From Eledone cirrhosa (taxonomy: Eukaryota), in contig OZ024745.1 in NCBI GenBank assembly GCA_964016885.1, forward strand, positions 24,304,001-24,368,000: 64,000 nucleotides of DNA, in the 5' to 3' direction. Positions 56,854 to 64,000 of this stretch are shown piece by piece. Numbering within the stretch: position 1 is the first letter of the stretch; each line of letters opens with the position of its first letter. The notes beneath the pieces were generated by a model. That model made no database searches. It was not told where the DNA came from and worked only from the letters and a program-made list of their open reading frames with translations. Position numbers and translations under genes: made by a program.

Positions 56854-58183
56854 CAATGAGAGGGTGAGAGCAAAAGAGTTAGATTGAAAGTTAGATATTT
56901 ATTACTCTAACTAAGGTGTAATATATGCGCAATTGTTTCTCTGGCTGTCTCTGGTTTTCACCGTGACAGACTTCTGCTCTTCAGACAATACTGCAGAGAC
57001 TAAGTGCTGCCGGAACTTTGGATATTCTTTACCAAATTACACTATACCTCCCAATTACAATCAGGTTGAGAATGTCAACTCTAGGTCTGCAACTGTGAAA
57101 CTCATCAAATGTAGCAAGCAGCGCAATATTTCGTAATGCGACCTGACTGACTCATCCTTCTTCATCCATACCAATTTCTTACATTGGTTACATATTGGTT
57201 ACATATATGACTGGTTCATACGTTGTATCACGATTGTCGTGAGCGTATCAGCGGCATGCATCCTAATTCACGTAGAATTCAATGATGTAAGTAAAATCAA
57301 ATTATAATAAGAATCATTTCGTCTATGTTTGCAGGCTGTAAATTCAATAACAACCACGTTCAACTATTAAACCCCAAGCACATTAGCCCTCAAATTCTTA
57401 TATATAAATGTTCGTAAAGCCTTTAAGACATTTAAAGCTACTCGCGGTTGAGGGTGAGTTCGTGACTCCCCAAAGTGGCACATTGCATCAACAATAGTCA
57501 AGGAATTTGGCATTTATGGCCAAGTCTGTACCTTATAAATCTAACTTATGCTTCTCTCTTCTCTGTCACTTAAGAGCTCATATCGAAACAATTGTTTCCC
57601 TCCTTAACATTACCATTCCTCTTGAAATTATTACCATTCCTCTTGAAATTATAAACTCTTGATTAGCCCCAACTTTGACACATCCACATTTTACCACACA
57701 TCTCCACTAATTTCTTCACTTATTTCATTGAGTTCTGCTCCAAAATTATAATTACTCTACTGCTTTTTTTGTTCAGGTAAGGCATAAATTATCTCCCATT
57801 TCATCAATTCTCTCCAATTTCAGTTTTAAGTTATTGAGGAAATGCAATTTTTCTTTAGCATTTCCAGCTTTCCACGTTAATTCCTTTGAACTAAATGCAC
57901 ACCACTACTGTTAGACGCGAATTATCTCCCTTGCCTAATTTATTGCTAACCAATGTTGATTCATTGCATAATTTAAGGGCTAGATATACGTGACTAGCAC
58001 CGGCAACTAATGTGATTGGGTCTCTGTGACATATTGCATGTCTTTATTTTGTCAGAATACCTTTCAGAAAGTACAAGATTAAAGTTGCAACGCATCAACT
58101 GAATACATTCAGTAATTATATTCTATAACATATATCGAGTACCTTTCTCACGCTTCTTGTAACCAATGTGTATATATATATAT

Positions 58184-58344
58184 AAGTTTATCCCGGGTTC
58201 AATCGGGGGTAACCCAGTAAGTAAGGTACTCAATACATAGCAGAGTATAAATATTTAATATAGAAAGGCTTCTACAGGACTAGAACTGTTTCATTCTACC
58301 GAATGAAACAGTTCTAGTCCTGTAGAAGCCTTTCTATATTAAAT
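58184..58344. mobile_element. Fold-back mini-element family D with GAAA-C...G-TC half hammerhead
   Basis: Perfect ~44-bp arms 58253-58296/58301-58344 around a 4-nt loop. Confidence 0.65.
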
Positions 58345-58361
58345 ATATATATATATATATA

Positions 58362-58472
<111 letters not shown>

Positions 58473-58676
58473 AAATTTGGTAGTTTACCACTGGGTAGAA
58501 TTGGTCATTCTGCAATGTTAATCATGACGTAATATAAGAAAAGCACTCGACATTATGCAACTCATCCATCTTTGATGTTGAATCATGTTGGTGGTGCGGG
58601 AACAGAGTAAATGTATTATGAAGTGAAATGACAGGTGGCCAAATTTGTTGAATTTCCTTAATTATATATTTCTGCA

Positions 58677-58735
58677 GACACTATGCACATTTCAAAGGCC
58701 ATGTTGCGTAAGAACCCGGTGACATCTTCAGGTGT
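58677..58735 (-). ncRNA. Type I hammerhead motif
   Basis: rc: ACAC-CTGAAGA-stem II-GAAA-TGTGCA-TA^GTGTC. Confidence 0.6.
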
Positions 58736-58884
58736 AAATTGCATAATAGATGTATAACAATGGAATAATGGTAAATGTTAAGGAAACAAGCAAAGAAAAG
58801 ACAGAGAAGAAAAAAAGTGTGTTTATGTTTTTGACCCAGAGACGAACGAAGCAGCATGTTGTTACAATGCCTCGCCGTCACTGA

Positions 58885-58944
58885 GACACCTGAAGATGTC
58901 ACTAGATTCTTACGCAACCTGGTCACTGAAATGTGTATAGTGTT
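58885..58944 (+). ncRNA. Type I hammerhead motif
   Basis: GACAC-CTGAAGA(58890-96)-..ACTAG/CTGGT..-GAAA(58928-31)-TGTGTA-TA^GTGTT. Confidence 0.65.
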
Positions 58945-59123
58945 TGCAGAAATAATTAAGGAAATTCAACACACTTAGCCTCCTGTAATATCACTTTATG
59001 TTATATATATATATTTATTAAAATAACAGATTAAAGTTTAAGCAAAGAATCGCTGCTTTCACCCTTAACGGGATCTTCTGATATATATTTATCCTTATCG
59101 AGCCCTCTTTGGATTTTAGTCTT

Positions 59124-59156
<33 letters not shown>

Positions 59157-59159
<3 letters not shown>

Positions 59160-59296
59160 AACCAGTAAGACCCTGTCGAAACGGCTTGAGCTCAGCCGTC
59201 GGGGTCTTACTGGTTCCTATTACCCACTCTACTACCCTAAGTATTGACTACTTTGGTGCGTTATGGTCCACCTGGTTCCTTACCACATTTCCTTCG

Positions 59297-59299
<3 letters not shown>
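59157..59299 (+). mobile_element. Family A mini-element
   Basis: GAAACGGCTTGAGCTCAGCCGTC^GGGGTC with 18-bp inverted arm; (TA)n both sides. Confidence 0.7.
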
Positions 59300-59332
<33 letters not shown>

Positions 59333-59616
59333 CTTTGATAGGTTGTCTAATTCTGTAAATAACATGTGATGAAAACGTCTAAGACTAGCATCATGATCGG
59401 ATGATAAGGCTGCGCCATCGAAATATGTATAGTGCTTTCGGGGAATTCAAATTTTAAAGTAAATTTTCCAGCTGTTGTTTTAATGAAGACTAATATTTTT
59501 GTCGAATAGCCGAATAATTTCCAGCTACGATATATCGAGAATTAAGTTAATAAAAGTAAAATGATTAAACTTAAAAATACTGAAGGTATTAAAAACAGTA
59601 AAAGTAATAATAATAA

Positions 59617-59798
59617 TAATTGTTTCTACTTTTGGCACAAGGACACCAATTATCCTCGTGTATTACTGATGCTTTATTTTATCGATCCCGTAAGGATGAA
59701 AGGCAAAGTTAACCTCGGCGGGATTTAAACTCAGACCATAAAGGGCCGTAACTCTTTGCTGCAAAGCATGGCGTCAGACCCTCTACCGGTACTGCCAA
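59617..59798 (-). mobile_element. S1 SINE
   Basis: Family match. Confidence 0.85.
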
Positions 59799-60029
59799 AT
59801 AATAATGAGAATAGTAATGTTTTCGGATTTATCTCATACATAAGTAAGCGCTGGCCAGTACGGATGCATGTGTAAACGAAGATATAGATTTATTTTTGCG
59901 TCTACATATTGATTTTCCTCGGTTTCATAACATTCCGCTTGGGTTTAAAGTAGAAATATATTGCTTAAACGTTTAGTCTATAATAATAATAAATATTTGA
60001 TCTACGGTTTTATATATACTTATATATAG

Positions 60030-60762
60030 ACAAACCCCTATAGTGAAAATTTTGGCCAATAAATGGAACAAGATGTGTTGTAACAAGATTGCATAAGAAC
60101 CATTATATTCGGGACTTACAGAGGTCAAGCTCTCCTCATTCCGAGGATTCCACTTATACCAAGTGATAGCGAGTTACCTTTTATATTTAACAGGCTGCAG
60201 TTCCCAGTGAGGCCATGTTTTGCCATGAGCATCAATAAGAGTCAAGGTCAAACTTTCAAAACTATTGGTATACATCTGACAAACCCATGTTTCAGTCATG
60301 GCATGTTTTATGTGGCTATTTCAAGGAGTGGAACTTCAAAAAATCTCTACCTTTTAGCCAATCAAGGAAAGACAAGAAATGTTGTTTACCCTGAAGTTCT
60401 TCATTAGGACAAAATATGAAATATATTTTCATGTATTTATGTTAAAAAATAAATAATTAAACTTTGAATTTGTAATTTGAAAATAATGCTTTACACAAAA
60501 ATGAAATGATTAAGTTTTGAATTGATATTTTGAAAAAAAACTATTTACAAGAAACAAAATAAGAATAAGATTTAATAATATTTTGATTTGATGTATTACA
60601 AAAAGTAATGTTTTTCAATTTTTCATGCATTACTTTTTTTTACATTGAGTAATATTGAAATACAGAGTTTTCCTCCATAAATTATATCACTGATTTAAAA
60701 TTAATCATAATTTTCTTACAAAAAAAAAAGCAATGTGTGAAAGGCGCGGGTAATTCGGCTAG
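60030..60762 (+). mobile_element. Helitron 3' fragment
   Basis: PIF1 C-terminus, AT-rich 3' UTR, GC-rich subterminal segment and CTAG at 60759-62. Confidence 0.8.
60102..60407 (+). pseudogene. Helitron RepHel PIF1 helicase C-terminus
   Basis: LLIPRIPLIPSDSELPFIFNRLQFPVRPCFAMSINKSQGQTFKTIGIHLTNPCFSHGMFYVAISR...TRNVVYPEVL*. Confidence 0.9.
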
Positions 60763-60874
60763 TATATATATATATATATATATATATATTTTTTGTCGAT
60801 CGACATTTGTCAAATCGGACCGAGGAAACAATGTTTCCGTTGGTCTTCCCATTTGTTAATACTATCTATCGGTC

Positions 60875-61011
60875 GCAACTCCAGGTAGAAGGAGCAACGT
60901 GAAATAAAATGACTTCCTCAGGGACATAACGCATCGCCCGGTCCAGGAATAGAACCGACAACCTCACGATTGCGAATACAGTTCTCTAACCAATCAGCCA
61001 CACGCCTTCAC
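60875..61011 (-). mobile_element. S2 SINE 5' part
   Basis: rc GGCGTGTGGCTGATTGGTTAG...GGTTCTATTCC (A/B boxes), TTTATTTCACGTTGCTCC core. Confidence 0.7.
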
Positions 61012-61015
61012 GTGT

Positions 61016-61990
<975 letters not shown>

Positions 61991-62273
61991 CTGTTATGTT
62001 CCTTCTACGGTCTAAAGATGTCGAAATCACAAGTATACCTAGTAGACAACTGAATTCATGTCGGTTTGTGTATTCTTATTTTTATTTTTGTTGTCTGTTA
62101 TCACCTTTCCTGTATATTACTACCGGCTAAACTCTCACCCTATTGACAATTTCTTCTACATACACACATACACTTACATAAATATATAATATACATAATG
62201 ATATATCTATGTATGTATATACATATATAAACCTATATATATGTATGTACATACATGCATATATATATATATA

Positions 62274-62376
62274 TACAGGGTGTCCCCCAAAATGTATACG
62301 CACTTTGATTACCTGTACAGGCAATATTTAATAGAATGCTTTTGAAGTGTGTATACATTTTTGGGGACACCCTGTA
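62274..62376. mobile_element. Tc1/mariner-type MITE
   Basis: TA-CAGGGTGTCCCCCAAAATGTATAC ... GTATACATTTTTGGGGACACCCTG-TA. Confidence 0.85.
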
Positions 62377-62387
62377 TATATATATAT

Positions 62388-62737
62388 AAAGAAAAAGAGA
62401 TGAAATCGAAAATGCAACTGTAGTCTTATTTTTTTAAAAAATATATATATTTATTTGGTTCCTTTACCGGTTTCGCAGTTCTTCTGCTTTTCAAAAGTAG
62501 AGTTGAGATGGAGGGTCTGTGGTTTTTCTCACTTGTGAGAAAAACCACAGACCCTCCATCTCAACTCTACTTTTGAAAAGCAGAAGAACTGCGAAACCGG
62601 TAAAGGAGCCAAATAAATATATATATTTTTTAAAAAAATAAGACTCCAGTTGCCTTTTCGATTTCATCTCTTTTTCTTTATACTTTCACTCGTGTAGGAC
62701 ACCTCGGTTATTTTTCAATTTAAAAAAAAAACCTCAC

Positions 62738-62742
<5 letters not shown>
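62388..62742. mobile_element. Near-perfect 290-bp palindrome element in (TA)n with one-sided tail
   Basis: Arms 62388-62532/62535-62679. Confidence 0.8.
62567..62608 (+). ncRNA. Type I hammerhead variant with U3-A8 core (mirror copy 62459-62500, -)
   Basis: CTACTT-TTGAAAA(62573-79)-GCAG-AAGAA-CTGC-GAAA-CCGG-TA^AAGGAG. Confidence 0.65.
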
Positions 62743-62820
<78 letters not shown>

Positions 62821-62824
<4 letters not shown>

Positions 62825-63016
62825 AACAAGTAAGACCCCGACGGCTGAGCTCAAGCCGTTTCGACGGCTAATTCTGTACAGTACAGAATTAGCCGTCGAA
62901 ACGGCTTGAGCTCAGCCGTCGAGGACTTACTTGTTCCTATTACCCACTCTACTACCCTAAGTATTGAGTACTTTGGTGCGTTATGGTCCACCTGGTTCCT
63001 TACCACATTTCCTTCG

Positions 63017-63018
<2 letters not shown>
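62821..63018 (+). mobile_element. Family A fold-back mini-element
   Basis: ~58-bp arms around 62879-81; GAAACGGCT..AGCCGTC. Confidence 0.7.
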
Positions 63019-63085
<67 letters not shown>

Positions 63086-63090
<5 letters not shown>

Positions 63091-63540
63091 ATACTTTGGG
63101 AGGGTCATGTTGCCAATAAGAAACACACGCACCAGTTGCTTTCACTTCAATTTATTATATATTTATAAATTTACAAATTTATAAATTTCTGGTTGGTTGG
63201 CTGGTTCCACAACCAGATAGTTGTTTATATATAGTCATAGTCCTTTCGTCACACACTCTGTGACCTCTTCAGTGACTGGGGATTCCTTTCTTTGTTTCTG
63301 TGCCTCTCCTTTGTTCTGTCCTACGCCATTTTGTTTCTGTGTGTGTGTTGTGTGCTCAGTTTGCGCATGCTCCACATCCGGGTGTCTGTGTGTGTTTATG
63401 TTCGTTTATCTATTTGTTTATTTATTTATTTATTTATTTATTTACATGTTATTGGTTGGTTGTTTGTTCTATGTGTGTGTGTGTTTTCATTTTGTCCTTA
63501 ATTTCAGATAAAGAATCTTGCTAAACAAATTCAGAAACGA
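63086..63540 (-). mobile_element. Family E element with hammerhead 63233-63277 (-) and inverted tail
   Basis: Matches 45045-45340; tail TTTCAGATAAAGAATCTTGCTAAACAAATTC as at 45629-45659. Confidence 0.8.
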
Positions 63541-64000
63541 AATATATATATATATATATTTATATATATATTTAGAAACACACAGATACATGCGGACACA
63601 CACATATATACATGAATGCATCCGCACCCAACTGTGAGTTAAGGGTGCCAACTTCACCGATGTTGCTCAATGAATGACTGGGACAGACCAATTCAGTTTG
63701 AACCAGACTGAACCAGTATCAGAGTTAAAAATACATTATGAAGAGAGAAGAAACATTTAGATATAATTAGTAATAAAATGTATCATACCTAAACTGCTCC
63801 TAAATTCCTCGACTACGTAGTTTCGTGGCATAAACAAAAACAATATATCAAAGATATAGAGTCCTTGCGAGGTCTGCCAACTTATCAAGAGGATACCTCA
63901 TTTTACTAGTCTCAAGAACGCGTCTACACGACGTGAGAAAGAATCCCAAAAGGCGGAGGGGGAGATAGTCACGCGATATAACGGTCGAGAAACAGAGCTA

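Noticed and set aside
59030-59080. Possible minus-strand hammerhead (CAGAAGA-TCCC/GGG-GAAAGCA..TGCTT)
   Set aside because: Core mutated and stem I 5' missing; at most a truncated remnant.

Overview
AT-rich eukaryotic intergenic or intronic DNA with no recognisable host gene. The SINE families and extreme (TA)n/(TG)n content resemble an octopod cephalopod genome (inference). Almost all long ORFs in the track are microsatellite or minisatellite artefacts. Recognisable coding remnants are all transposon-derived: two 5'-truncated Penelope-like elements (PLEs; RT thumb + Cys-rich linker + C-terminal GIY-YIG), Helitron PIF1 C-termini, and RTE, R4/Dong-like, CRE-like and Tx1/L1-like LINE ends. The window also holds tRNA-derived SINEs and Tc1/mariner MITEs. 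The main hidden structure is a dense population of small fold-back elements inserted in (TA)n, carrying about 20 hand-folded type I hammerhead ribozyme motifs, mostly with minimal, often palindromic stem III. The best signal is five copies (three divergent, covarying variants) of a hammerhead whose core strands run cleavage site > GAAA > CUGAUGA. That order is not type I, II or III, so it is a non-circular, pseudoknotted permutation. One locus has two such ribozymes in tandem 527 nt apart around non-coding sequence, i.e. a retrozyme-like unit. All structures were folded by eye and none has been tested.
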